DNA of 64,000 bases from a virus, in IMG/VR virus record IMGVR_UViG_3300024496_000011. One strand, 5' to 3'. The stretch's first letter is position 1; each line of letters begins with the position of its first letter. A model generated the notes under the pieces. That model saw only the letters and a program-made list of their open reading frames with translations, did not search any database and had not been told where the DNA came from. Positions 57,160 to 64,000 of the stretch are shown here, piece by piece. Made by a program: the position numbers and the translations under genes.

Positions 57160-57463
57160 CGTTCCTTCAGTCGGCGTTTGCGTTCGCTATTTGCGAATAG
57201 CGAATGAACGATCCGTTCCGCGTCGGCTTACTTCCGTCCTATTAGGTTTTAGCACTTTACTATGAAGTCCTTTCGGAGTTCTAATAACAATCGGTCCTCT
57301 ATCTTTTGAATTACTACATCGTCGTTTTTAACGATGTCCATTAGTTCCATCGCGGTGTCGCAAGAAACTGCAACCTGTTGGATGCTAGATGCTTGTGGCG
57401 CTGAAACGAAGAGGAAAGGAACCCATGCTAAAAGCAAGAGTGCTTTAGTCATAGGATGAACGG
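57160..57463 (-). ncRNA. Tandem glutamine-riboswitch-like RNA (glnA / Downstream-peptide class), with an ORF in the first P2 loop
   Basis: Unit 1: CCGUUC (57463-57458) / GAACGG (57218-57213), UCCUAU / AUAGGA, then CGGAAGUAA. Unit 2: CGUUC (57210-57206) / GAACG (57164-57160), 9-bp hairpin UUCGCUAUU-CGCA-AAUAGCGAA, then CGCAAA...UGAAG. Confidence 0.7.
57249..57452 (-). CDS. Small protein with hydrophobic N-terminus (67 aa), nested in the aptamer loop
   Basis: MTKALLLLAWVPFLFVSAPQA signal-peptide-like start; no Shine-Dalgarno sequence; AUG sits in the P2 5' strand. Confidence 0.6.
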   Translation of the reverse strand: MTKALLLLAWVPFLFVSAPQASSIQQVAVSCDTAMELMDIVKNDDVVIQKIEDRLLLELRKDFIVKC

Positions 57464-57472
57464 TAGAGGATT

Positions 57473-57525
57473 ATTATACCTCTAATCAACTTATATAGGA
57501 AGTTTTGTGTGTATTTCCTGATACA
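57473..57525 (-). promoter_or_regulatory. NtcA-type box plus -10 element
   Basis: Palindromic TGTA-TCAGGAAA-TACA (57510-57525; GTA-N8-TAC) and TATAAT at 57478-57473, about 10 nt before the aptamer 5' end. Confidence 0.6.
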
Positions 57526-57530
57526 ATTTT

Positions 57531-57857
57531 TTACCTCTCAATATAACTTAATGTATGATTGGTAGCATAAAGTTGTTGGATAATTATATCGCATCCAATT
57601 TTAGGATTACAATCTCCACAAGTATAAACATCCACTGCTGCTTTACCTTCTTCAGGCCATGTATGAATACTAATATGACTTTCTGAAAGTAAACAAATTA
57701 CAGTAACTCCCTGTGGTTCAAACTTTTTTGAAATTGTTTGAACCACAGTAGCACCACTTGCAACTGCTGCATTTTCGAGTAAGTCTATAAGACAACGCTC
57801 GTCGTCCAAAAGGACAAACGAGCATCCATACAAGTTAAGTAGATAATGCTTTCCCAT
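57531..57857 (-). CDS. speD: S-adenosylmethionine decarboxylase proenzyme
   Basis: GKHYLLNLYGC...F.PQGVT.I.LLSESHISIHTWPE...AVDVYTCG (ES self-cleavage site). Confidence 0.95.
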   Translation of the reverse strand: MGKHYLLNLYGCSFVLLDDERCLIDLLENAAVASGATVVQTISKKFEPQGVTVICLLSESHISIHTWPEEGKAAVDVYTCGDCNPKIGCDIIIQQLYATNHTLSYIER

Positions 57858-57864
57858 TTTGACG

Positions 57865-58047
57865 TTAGTTTTCTTCCGCTTCTTTTATTAATGAACTTAT
57901 AATATCTTCCGTACCATCCATCGTTTTAATAGTAAACAAAGATGACCTTTGATATTTTTTAATTTTTTTATATTTTTTAAGAAGTTTATTTAGTTCTTCT
58001 TTATAAATTGCTACTTCAATTTTTTCTTCACTAAAACCTTCACTCAT
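57865..58047 (-). CDS. Small hypothetical protein (60 aa)
   Basis: Coupled ORF in a continuous gene array. Confidence 0.5.
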   Translation of the reverse strand: MSEGFSEEKIEVAIYKEELNKLLKKYKKIKKYQRSSLFTIKTMDGTEDIISSLIKEAEEN

Positions 58048-58382
58048 TTTCTTTTTTTCTTCTCGGGTTGTTTATATCCCCAAAGCTTTGGATTTGTTCT
58101 ACCATATCCAAAATCAATCTTTTTAACAGCACCTGGACCATACTTGTCATAGTACATATCAAAAAGATTTACTCGTTTGGGACAACGAGTTAAATCAATA
58201 TGTTCTTCACCATCAACAACATACCAAATCAAGTATGCATCGTTGGGAAGTGAAGAATCTTTTGCTTTTTCTACAGTAGTTTTTTCAAAAAGAATTTCAC
58301 ATCCATACTCATGAGGCAGAACTTTATTAATCTTGCTTTTATTTTCTGCCATTTTCTTTTTCGCTCCTACTGCTATACTCAT
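58044..58382 (-). CDS. Conserved hypothetical protein
   Basis: YGCEIL.EKTT...A.D.SLP.DAYL.WY...DL.R...VNLFD.YYDKYG...I.FGYG..NPKLWG; start at 58382 inferred from an ATGA overlap. Confidence 0.65.
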   Translation of the reverse strand: MSIAVGAKKKMAENKSKINKVLPHEYGCEILFEKTTVEKAKDSSLPNDAYLIWYVVDGEEHIDLTRCPKRVNLFDMYYDKYGPGAVKKIDFGYGRTNPKLWGYKQPEKKKRK

Positions 58383-58966
58383 GAACGACCACCCCACTGA
58401 ACATCGGGGTATGCTTCTTTTACATTTTCAAGAGTTATTTTGTATTTAGTTTGCAGTTTTTTATCTTTTGTAAGGATCAATAATTCTGCTTCTTTTGGAT
58501 GAAGTCCCTGAAGTAAATTGATAAACATCATCTCTCTACGAATTGTAGATAGACTGTTGTTTCCACCTTTTACATAGTGATATAAATTTTGATACTCTCT
58601 GCGAAGAGAGGTTCTGCCGCGAGCATTAAGATCCTGTCCAGTGGCAGATTCACCACCAGAAGCTTCTCTCATCAAATTCTCAGAAAGAGTTCCAGAATAA
58701 ACAGATTGCTCATCCGCATTTGCATAAGGAACATCACCTTCAGGAAGAAGAGAAACTACAGACTCATCAAAGTTCCAAATAAAAATAGTTTTTAAAGAAT
58801 CATGTTCATAAGTTTTTAAAACTTCAATCTTCTTTGCATTCGATCTCTGCTTTGAAGCAAGTTCCAAAATTTCAAATACAAAAGGATTTGGCGGAAGAAC
58901 TTCGATATTTTCTTCAGTCTTCTTCCTCGTCTTCGTCGGTGTAGTCATAATCGTAATCGTTTTCAA
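58379..58966 (-). CDS. Conserved T4-like hypothetical protein (~190 aa)
   Basis: N.F..EIL.L...KI..L...WNFD..V.S.LPEG.VPY...RRE.MFI.LL.GLHP.EA..L...KDK.L. Confidence 0.7.
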   Translation of the reverse strand: MKTITIMTTPTKTRKKTEENIEVLPPNPFVFEILELASKQRSNAKKIEVLKTYEHDSLKTIFIWNFDESVVSLLPEGDVPYANADEQSVYSGTLSENLMREASGGESATGQDLNARGRTSLRREYQNLYHYVKGGNNSLSTIRREMMFINLLQGLHPKEAELLILTKDKKLQTKYKITLENVKEAYPDVQWGGRS

Positions 58967-59147
58967 ATCGTACAGATACTATTTCGTCAGGTATTACCTG
59001 CCCATTTTCATCAAAAAACTCTGGATGCAAATATGGAGGTTTTGATTCCAATAAATGTCTATAAGTTAACCAACCTATTATACCTCCTACCATAAAAAAG
59101 AGCAATGTGAACATCGTGACGAATGTTATTACATATGCTGTTTCCAT
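58914..59147 (-). CDS. Small membrane protein (77 aa)
   Basis: One hydrophobic helix, then HPEFFDENG and an acidic tail. Confidence 0.65.
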   Translation of the reverse strand: METAYVITFVTMFTLLFFMVGGIIGWLTYRHLLESKPPYLHPEFFDENGQVIPDEIVSVRFENDYDYDYTDEDEEED

Positions 59148-59165
59148 TTTTCTTCTCCAGAGAGT

Positions 59166-59405
59166 TTATTTTTTCCTAATATCAAAATGAAATTCTATAA
59201 AGAAATGAAACTCCCTACGGAATAGAGAAATCATTTTACCAAACTTCACTTGAAAAGTTTTTGGTTCTGGTAATTTTTTCCTCCTATTCCTAAGTAATAA
59301 TTCAATTCCCCGATTAATTTCGGGTTCTGATTTATTTAGTTTGCTTCTTTCGTCTTCCTGGTCTCTTATCATGATTATATCTCCAGGCATCCTCAAGAAT
59401 ACCAT
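59166..59405 (-). CDS. Small hypothetical protein (start uncertain)
   Basis: INRGIELLLR...FQVKFGK.ISLFRREFHF; overlaps the upstream ORF end. Confidence 0.45.
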   Translation of the reverse strand: MVFLRMPGDIIMIRDQEDERSKLNKSEPEINRGIELLLRNRRKKLPEPKTFQVKFGKMISLFRREFHFFIEFHFDIRKK

Positions 59406-59691
59406 GCAGGTAATTTCTTATTTTTCTTGCTTGTGGTTTGGGAATGTGACCATATCCTTCACGAAGTTGTTTATGAATTTCATCAGATCCACCCTCAAGA
59501 TAATCGTCCAAATCCATCACAAGATTACTTAACTCGTGTGCTGTATTGCTTTCAATAAACTGTTCAACTTCTACTTTTTTAGTTCCACGAACTTTTAAAT
59601 AATCATAAAAACTCAAAACAAATTGTCCATTAAAAGCATAATCAATTGCTTTTTCCACATCGTTACAAACTTCGTAAAAATTATTATCCAT
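59332..59691 (-). CDS. Conserved hypothetical protein (119 aa)
   Basis: VEKAIDYAF...YDYLK...D...YL.GG...QLREGYGHIPKP.ARKI. Confidence 0.65.
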   Translation of the reverse strand: MDNNFYEVCNDVEKAIDYAFNGQFVLSFYDYLKVRGTKKVEVEQFIESNTAHELSNLVMDLDDYLEGGSDEIHKQLREGYGHIPKPQARKIRNYLHGILEDAWRYNHDKRPGRRKKQTK

Positions 59692-59927
59692 TAAACTAGT
59701 TTTTGCTCCTGAAGGTATTGAACAGTATCAGAACAACCACCAATGTGTTGATCATTAACAATCACTTGGGGAAAGGTAGATCCATTCCCAAATTCCGCAT
59801 AGAATTCTTCTCGCGTAAAATCGCTATTCAATTTATAAACTACATGCTGTAGTTGCGCCAACTCTAGCACTTGTTGAACTTTTGTGCAATATGGGCAACC
59901 ATCTTTTGAATAAACTGTAAACTTCAT
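59691..59927 (-). CDS. nrdC: Glutaredoxin
   Basis: VYSKDGCPYC...TFPQV......IGG..D. Confidence 0.93.
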   Translation of the reverse strand: MKFTVYSKDGCPYCTKVQQVLELAQLQHVVYKLNSDFTREEFYAEFGNGSTFPQVIVNDQHIGGCSDTVQYLQEQKLV

Positions 59928-59947
59928 AATTGTTATAAAACTGAAAG

Positions 59948-60232
59948 TTATTTAGCGTTAACTGGAATTCCTTGTCCTTCAGGTAACCATACTTGTTGTT
60001 GAAGTTCCACATAAGGTAGTTCTTCTTTTGCTGCAGGTAAACCCAATTGACCAGGAAGCTGTTTATCTGTGGTTGATGTTACTGTAATAACTTGATCTAA
60101 AATAAACTTTTGTTTGCGATAACTTCTTTTATCCTTATCAAATCCAACTAACATCAATGCATCTTTTTCTTCTCCACAGTGAGCAATTACTCTACCTGTG
60201 GTTTTGTCAGTGACCACCCAATAATCATACAT
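59948..60232 (-). CDS. Hypothetical protein (94 aa)
   Basis: Clean ORF coupled to the upstream small ORF. Confidence 0.55.
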   Translation of the reverse strand: MYDYWVVTDKTTGRVIAHCGEEKDALMLVGFDKDKRSYRKQKFILDQVITVTSTTDKQLPGQLGLPAAKEELPYVELQQQVWLPEGQGIPVNAK

Positions 60233-60344
60233 TCTTTTCTTGTGCTTTTGATTGATTATAAGTCTTTGCTGTCGGTCTGTAAAGTCCTGGCCATGTATCT
60301 CTAATGATTTCTGCGAGTTTGTATGGTGTTGTGGAAGTTATCAT
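60225..60344 (-). CDS. Small peptide (39 aa, MITSTTPYKLAEIIRDTWPGLYRP...)
   Basis: Read manually; overlaps both neighbours by a few nucleotides. Confidence 0.5.
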   Translation of the reverse strand: MITSTTPYKLAEIIRDTWPGLYRPTAKTYNQSKAQEKNV

Positions 60345-60415
60345 AAGTCTTGCATAACAGATAATATAAACATTATGATTCCAAAGAGTTGGAATAGTAT
60401 GAGAATAAGAAGCAT
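60341..60415 (-). CDS. 24-aa single-pass membrane peptide (MLLILILFQLFGIIMFILSVMQDL)
   Basis: Read manually; entirely hydrophobic; ATGA-coupled to the next ORF. Confidence 0.35.
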   Translation of the reverse strand: MLLILILFQLFGIIMFILSVMQDL

Positions 60416-60441
60416 AAAAAAAGGAGTTCAGAGAACTCCTT
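60416..60441 (-). terminator. psbD terminator
   Basis: AAGGAGTTC-TCT-GAACTCCTT followed by TTTTT. Confidence 0.85.
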
Positions 60442-60451
60442 GTATTTATTT

Positions 60452-61513
60452 TTAGAGTGCGTTTCCTCGCGGCAGAACCTCTTCTGGGAACACAAAGTTC
60501 TCATGAGGTTGATCGACTGGTGCCATCCAAGCGCGAAGACCTTCATTTAAAAGAATATTCTTTGTATAGAAGGTTTCGAACTCAGGATCTTCTGCTGCTC
60601 TAACTTCCTGACTAACAAAGTCGTAAGCACGAAGATTGAGAGCAAGACCGATAATCCCGATAGAAGATGTCCAGAGACCCATGACGGGAACAAAGAGCAT
60701 AAAGAAATGTAGCCAACGCTTATTGCTAAAAGCAATGCCGAAGATTTGAGACCAAAATCTGTTCGCAGTGACCATACTATAAGTCTCTTCCTCTTGCGTG
60801 GGTTCAAAAGCTTTAAAAGTGTTTGCTTGATCGCCATCTTCAAAAAGCGTGTTTTCTACGGTAGCACCATGAATTGCACAAAGTAGTGCTCCGCCTAGAA
60901 TACCAGCAACTCCCATCATATGGAAGGGGTTGAGGGTCCAGTTGTGGAAACCCTGAAGGAACAACAGAAACCTGAAGATAGCAGCAACACCAAATGAAGG
61001 TGCGAAGAACCAACTGGATTGTCCCAGAGGGTACATCAGGAACACGCTGACGAACACAGCAATAGGACCAGAGAAAGCAATAGCATTGTACGGACGAATA
61101 CCTACCAGACGAGCAATCTCAAACTGGCGGAGCATAAATCCAATCAGGCTGAAAGCCCCGTGGAGCGCCACAAAAGTCCATAGTCCCCCAAGTTGGCACC
61201 ACCTGACGAAATCCCCTTGAGACTCAGGACCCCAAAGTAGAAGAAGAGAATGACCCATAGCGTCAGCAGGGCTGCTGACTGCCGCTGTGAGAAAATTGCA
61301 GCCTTCAAGATAAGAAGACGCCAACCCGTGGGTATACCATCCTGTGACAAACGAAGTGCCAGTAAGCCAGCCACCAAGCGCAAGATAAGCAGTGGGAAAA
61401 AGTAGTAGTCCAGACCAACCCACAAATACAAAGCGATCTCGTTTAAGCCAGTCATCCAGGACATCGAACCAACCTCTCTGAGAAATGGGCGGTGAAAGAG
61501 TTGAAGAAGTCAT
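60452..61513 (-). CDS. psbD: Photosystem II D2 protein
   Basis: [23 protein letters not shown]...[10 protein letters not shown]...EVLPRGNAL; uninterrupted 353 aa. Confidence 0.99.
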   Translation of the reverse strand: MTSSTLSPPISQRGWFDVLDDWLKRDRFVFVGWSGLLLFPTAYLALGGWLTGTSFVTGWYTHGLASSYLEGCNFLTAAVSSPADAMGHSLLLLWGPESQGDFVRWCQLGGLWTFVALHGAFSLIGFMLRQFEIARLVGIRPYNAIAFSGPIAVFVSVFLMYPLGQSSWFFAPSFGVAAIFRFLLFLQGFHNWTLNPFHMMGVAGILGGALLCAIHGATVENTLFEDGDQANTFKAFEPTQEEETYSMVTANRFWSQIFGIAFSNKRWLHFFMLFVPVMGLWTSSIGIIGLALNLRAYDFVSQEVRAAEDPEFETFYTKNILLNEGLRAWMAPVDQPHENFVFPEEVLPRGNAL

Positions 61514-61534
61514 AGCCTCCTATATCGTTTCTCA

Positions 61535-61568
61535 TATTTATCTTAACATTGCTTAACAAAGAAGTCAA
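61535..61568 (-). promoter_or_regulatory. Composite sigma70 plus late promoter for psbD
   Basis: TTGACT (61568-61563), 17 nt, TAAGAT (61545-61540), overlapping ATAAATA (61541-61535). Confidence 0.7.
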
Positions 61569-61581
61569 TGAGTGTTTGTGC

Positions 61582-61704
61582 TCATCCCCAATAAATTACC
61601 GAAAGAGTGAATACGACAAACACAATGATTGTGAATCCCATCATACCTACACCTGCCCAGATAATCCAGGGTTCCATAGGATGATGTTGATTATTATGAG
61701 ACAT
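61582..61704 (-). CDS. 40-aa single-pass membrane peptide (MSHNNQHHPMEPWIIWAGVGMMGFTIIVFVVFTLSVIYWG)
   Basis: Read manually; overlaps the endonuclease stop; one transmembrane segment. Confidence 0.5.
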   Translation of the reverse strand: MSHNNQHHPMEPWIIWAGVGMMGFTIIVFVVFTLSVIYWG

Positions 61705-62134
61705 TGGTTTTATGCTTTTTAACATATTCTATCATATTCCTAATCAAATCAACATCCTCATTTACATATCCAATAGTTCTATTGCAGACATTACAGAGTA
61801 GACCTCTTACCTTACCAGTTTTATGGTTATGGTCAACATAGAAAACATCTACACCACCACCTCTACCAGATTTTCTACCTTTCGGGTCAGTAGAACCACA
61901 GACAGCACATTTATGTCCTTGTTTTTCTAGAAGATTATTATACTCTTCAATACCAATACCATAAACCCTTTTCAAGTTTTCATCTCTCTTTTTTATAGGG
62001 TCATAGTTTTCTTGTTGCTTTTTTACATAACATTTTTTACATTTACCATGATGTCCATAAGGAGTTCCATTCCTTACTGTCTGGTAAAATTCTGTAAGTG
62101 GTTTTAATTCGTTGCAAATTTTACAGGTTTTCAT
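61694..62134 (-). CDS. Free-standing homing endonuclease, endonuclease VII family
   Basis: N-terminal CxxC...CxxC; YGI...EY..L...Q...CAVC...VDHNH.TG.VRGLLC..CN..IG (EndoVII signature). Confidence 0.88.
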   Translation of the reverse strand: MKTCKICNELKPLTEFYQTVRNGTPYGHHGKCKKCYVKKQQENYDPIKKRDENLKRVYGIGIEEYNNLLEKQGHKCAVCGSTDPKGRKSGRGGGVDVFYVDHNHKTGKVRGLLCNVCNRTIGYVNEDVDLIRNMIEYVKKHKTNVS

Positions 62135-62160
62135 AGTCCTTTGATTAAGTTGTTAAAGTT

Positions 62161-62190
62161 ATTATAGCATAACTTTAAGTATTTAGTCAA
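62161..62190 (-). promoter_or_regulatory. sigma70-type promoter with embedded CTAAATA for the endonuclease
   Basis: TTGACT (62190-62185), 18 nt, TATAAT (62166-62161), with TG extension. Confidence 0.65.
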
Positions 62191-62198
62191 GTAGTCAC

Positions 62199-62225
62199 AA
62201 AAAAAGACCTCTCGAAGGAGGTCTT
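62199..62225 (-). terminator. psbA terminator
   Basis: AAGACCTC-CTTCGA-GAGGTCTT followed by a T run. Confidence 0.85.
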
Positions 62226-62244
62226 AAAAACTATTGAGTTTTTA

Positions 62245-63324
62245 TCAACCGATTGCAGGAGCAGTCAGAGCAACAGGAGTGTTCTGTGCAGTAGCAAGGT
62301 CCAGAGGGAAGTTATGAGCATTGCGCTCGTGCATTACCTCCATTCCCAGTCCAGCACGGTTAAGGACATCTGCCCAAGTATTGAGCACACGACCCTGACT
62401 ATCCAGAATGCTCTGGTTAAAATTCAGACCGTTGAGATTAAAAGCCATCGTGCTTACACCAAGAGCAGTGAACCAGATGCCAACCACAGGCCAGGCAGCC
62501 AGGAAGAAGTGCAGCGAACGGGAGTTATTAAAGGAAGCATATTGAAAAATAAGGCGTCCGAAATAACCGTGAGCAGCAACGATGTTATAGGTCTCTTCTT
62601 CTTGACCGAACTTGTAACCATAGTTCTGTGACTCGTTCTCGGTGGTTTCACGAACCAGCGAGGAAGTAACCAGAGAACCGTGCATAGCACTGAACAGAGA
62701 ACCACCGAACACACCAGCAACTCCAAGCATATGGAAGGGGTGCATCAGGATGTTGTGCTCTGCCTGGAACACAAGCATATAGTTGAAGGTGCCACTGATA
62801 CCCAGAGGCATTGCGTCAGAGAAGGAACCCTGACCAAAAGGATACACCAAGAACACTGCACTCGCAGCAGCAACAGGTGCAGAGTAAGCAACGCAGATCC
62901 AAGGACGCATACCCAAACGGTAGGAAAGTTCCCACTCACGACCCATATAGGCATAGATGCCGATGAGGAAGTGGAACACAACCAGTTGGAAAGGTCCACC
63001 GTTGTAAAGCCACTCATCTAGGGAAGCAGCTTCCCAGATGGGGTAAAAGTGCAGTCCAATTGCGTTGGACGAAGGAATCACAGCACCAGAGATGATGTTG
63101 TTTCCGTACATCAGAGAACCAGCAACTGGTTCGCGGATGCCATCAATGTCCACTGGGGGAGCACCGATGAATGCGATGATGAAACAAGTTGTTGCAGCAA
63201 GCAGACAAGGGATCATCAGCACACCGAACCAACCCACATAGAGGCGGTTGTCGGTTGAAGTTACCCAGTTGCAAAACTGTTCCCAAGTATTCGATTGTCG
63301 TTGTTGTGAAATTGTAGCAGTCAT
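62245..63324 (-). CDS. psbA: Photosystem II D1 protein (no intron)
   Basis: Continuous 359-aa D1: [13 protein letters not shown]...[14 protein letters not shown]...[13 protein letters not shown]; Gln at the position-130 equivalent (GGPFQL). Confidence 0.99.
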   Translation of the reverse strand: MTATISQQRQSNTWEQFCNWVTSTDNRLYVGWFGVLMIPCLLAATTCFIIAFIGAPPVDIDGIREPVAGSLMYGNNIISGAVIPSSNAIGLHFYPIWEAASLDEWLYNGGPFQLVVFHFLIGIYAYMGREWELSYRLGMRPWICVAYSAPVAAASAVFLVYPFGQGSFSDAMPLGISGTFNYMLVFQAEHNILMHPFHMLGVAGVFGGSLFSAMHGSLVTSSLVRETTENESQNYGYKFGQEEETYNIVAAHGYFGRLIFQYASFNNSRSLHFFLAAWPVVGIWFTALGVSTMAFNLNGLNFNQSILDSQGRVLNTWADVLNRAGLGMEVMHERNAHNFPLDLATAQNTPVALTAPAIG

Positions 63325-63337
63325 TGTTTTTAAAAGC

Positions 63338-63431
63338 TAAGTAGTCCATCAGGGAAATGGTGGAGATACTTATTTCCTAAACACCCTTAGTTTAGGATAT
63401 GAGAGACGATTTTATACTCCCTATAGGTCTC
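63338..63431 (-). ncRNA. Structured psbA 5' leader (PhotoRC-II-like)
   Basis: Three helices: GAGAC/GUCUC; CCUAAAC/GUUUAGG; UAAGUA/UACUUA enclosing CCAU-UUCCCUG-AUGG, ending 13 nt before the AUG. Confidence 0.55.
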
Positions 63432-63490
63432 GGTTTGCGGAGAGTTTAACAATGTTGCAAAACATTAAAGATTCGTAACATTTGTTTACC

Positions 63491-63524
63491 TATTTATAAT
63501 ACACCCCTTTCAGAACTCTGTCAA
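63491..63524 (-). promoter_or_regulatory. Composite sigma70 plus late promoter for psbA
   Basis: TTGACA (63524-63519), 17 nt, TATTAT (63501-63496), overlapping TATAAATA (63498-63491). Confidence 0.8.
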
Positions 63525-63528
63525 GCCC

Positions 63529-64000
63529 CTATTTGGGTTTTTTCTGTGCTGCTTTGACTTTTTTATCAATATGAGGATTGCCTGTAGGAGGCATTGCCTT
63601 TGCACTCTCAGGATCTAGACGATTAAATCTATTAGCAACTTTTTTACCATCAACCAAATCTGAATGCATACCATTAACCATTTCTGGTGGTTTTTCTACT
63701 GGGAATCCTAATGGTGCTGGTTTTCCATCATAATACCCAGGAATTTTACCTAATACTTCTTCTGGAGATTTGAGTTTTTTTCTTTCTGAAATTAGTTGTC
63801 CTTTTGGTTCATAATGTGCCAGTCTAACAGGAGGTCCAGATGGAGTTGGTCCAGTATAAGGTCTTTGACCAGGATGTAATGGCTCTCCAGGAGCCCAAAC
63901 AGGAGCGATTGGTGTTGTTTGAGATGGTTTTGCATCTTTTATAGATGGCCAATTTTGAGCGATTTGAGTATCTTGATCCGAAGTAATTTCAACACCAGGT
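63529..64000 (-). CDS. 3' end of a Pro-rich hypothetical protein (starts beyond the window)
   Basis: Open frame from the window edge: ...PGVEITSDQDTQIAQNWP...GYYDGKPAPLGFP...NRFNRLDPESAKAMPPTGNPHIDKKVKAAQKKPK, stop TAG at 63529. Confidence 0.7.
   Translation of the reverse strand, partial: PGVEITSDQDTQIAQNWPSIKDAKPSQTTPIAPVWAPGEPLHPGQRPYTGPTPSGPPVRLAHYEPKGQLISERKKLKSPEEVLGKIPGYYDGKPAPLGFPVEKPPEMVNGMHSDLVDGKKVANRFNRLDPESAKAMPPTGNPHIDKKVKAAQKKPK

Noticed and set aside
62245-63324. Group I intron in psbA
   Set aside because: The reading frame is continuous and of normal D1 length (359 aa).
60547-63349. Multiple alternative-frame and antisense ORFs within psbD and psbA
   Set aside because: Expected by-products of the GC-richer, biased codon usage of these conserved genes.
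63474-63489. Second NtcA-like box upstream of psbA (GTA-N9-TAC)
   Set aside because: Spacing is 9 rather than 8 nt; it may be an RpaB/HLR1-like half-site, but the match is too weak to call.
1-64000. Stop-codon reassignment
   Set aside because: Conserved genes are full length in the standard code and end in TAA, TGA or TAG with high coding density.

Overview
A 64-kb segment of an AT-rich T4-like cyanomyovirus genome. The evidence is psbA, psbD, cp12, phoH, thyX, speD and T4-type gp32/gp33/gp59/gp4/gp48/gp53/gp26/gp51/gp5 genes, plus TATAAATA-type late promoters. Almost everything is on the minus strand, except a plus-strand block at 48.6-52.0 kb. Layout from left to right: (1) fibre/virion structural genes with proline-free collagen-like repeats, 1-6.4 kb and 20-31.7 kb; (2) between them, a ~13.6-kb tightly coupled accessory island of glycosyltransferase-like, methyl-, acetyl- and sulfotransferase and 2OG-Fe(II) oxygenase genes interleaved with four 7-bladed RCC1-repeat paralogs that have a near-constant framework and hypervariable loops; (3) a Mom-like DNA-modification gene and two tRNAs, 32-33.5 kb; (4) the baseplate/tail module, including cp12 and a protein carrying a circularly permuted M23 peptidase plus an RlpA-like domain, 34-52 kb; (5) replication and auxiliary metabolic genes, 52-60 kb; (6) psbD, an EndoVII-type homing endonuclease and psbA, 60-63.5 kb. 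The most unusual signal is at 56.9-57.5 kb. There a TGTA-N8-TACA NtcA-type box and a -10 element precede a tandem glutamine-riboswitch-like RNA. The P2 loop of the first aptamer contains an entire 67-codon ORF, and the RNA sits upstream of a DUF4278-like gene. All family assignments come from motif recognition by eye; no searches were run.
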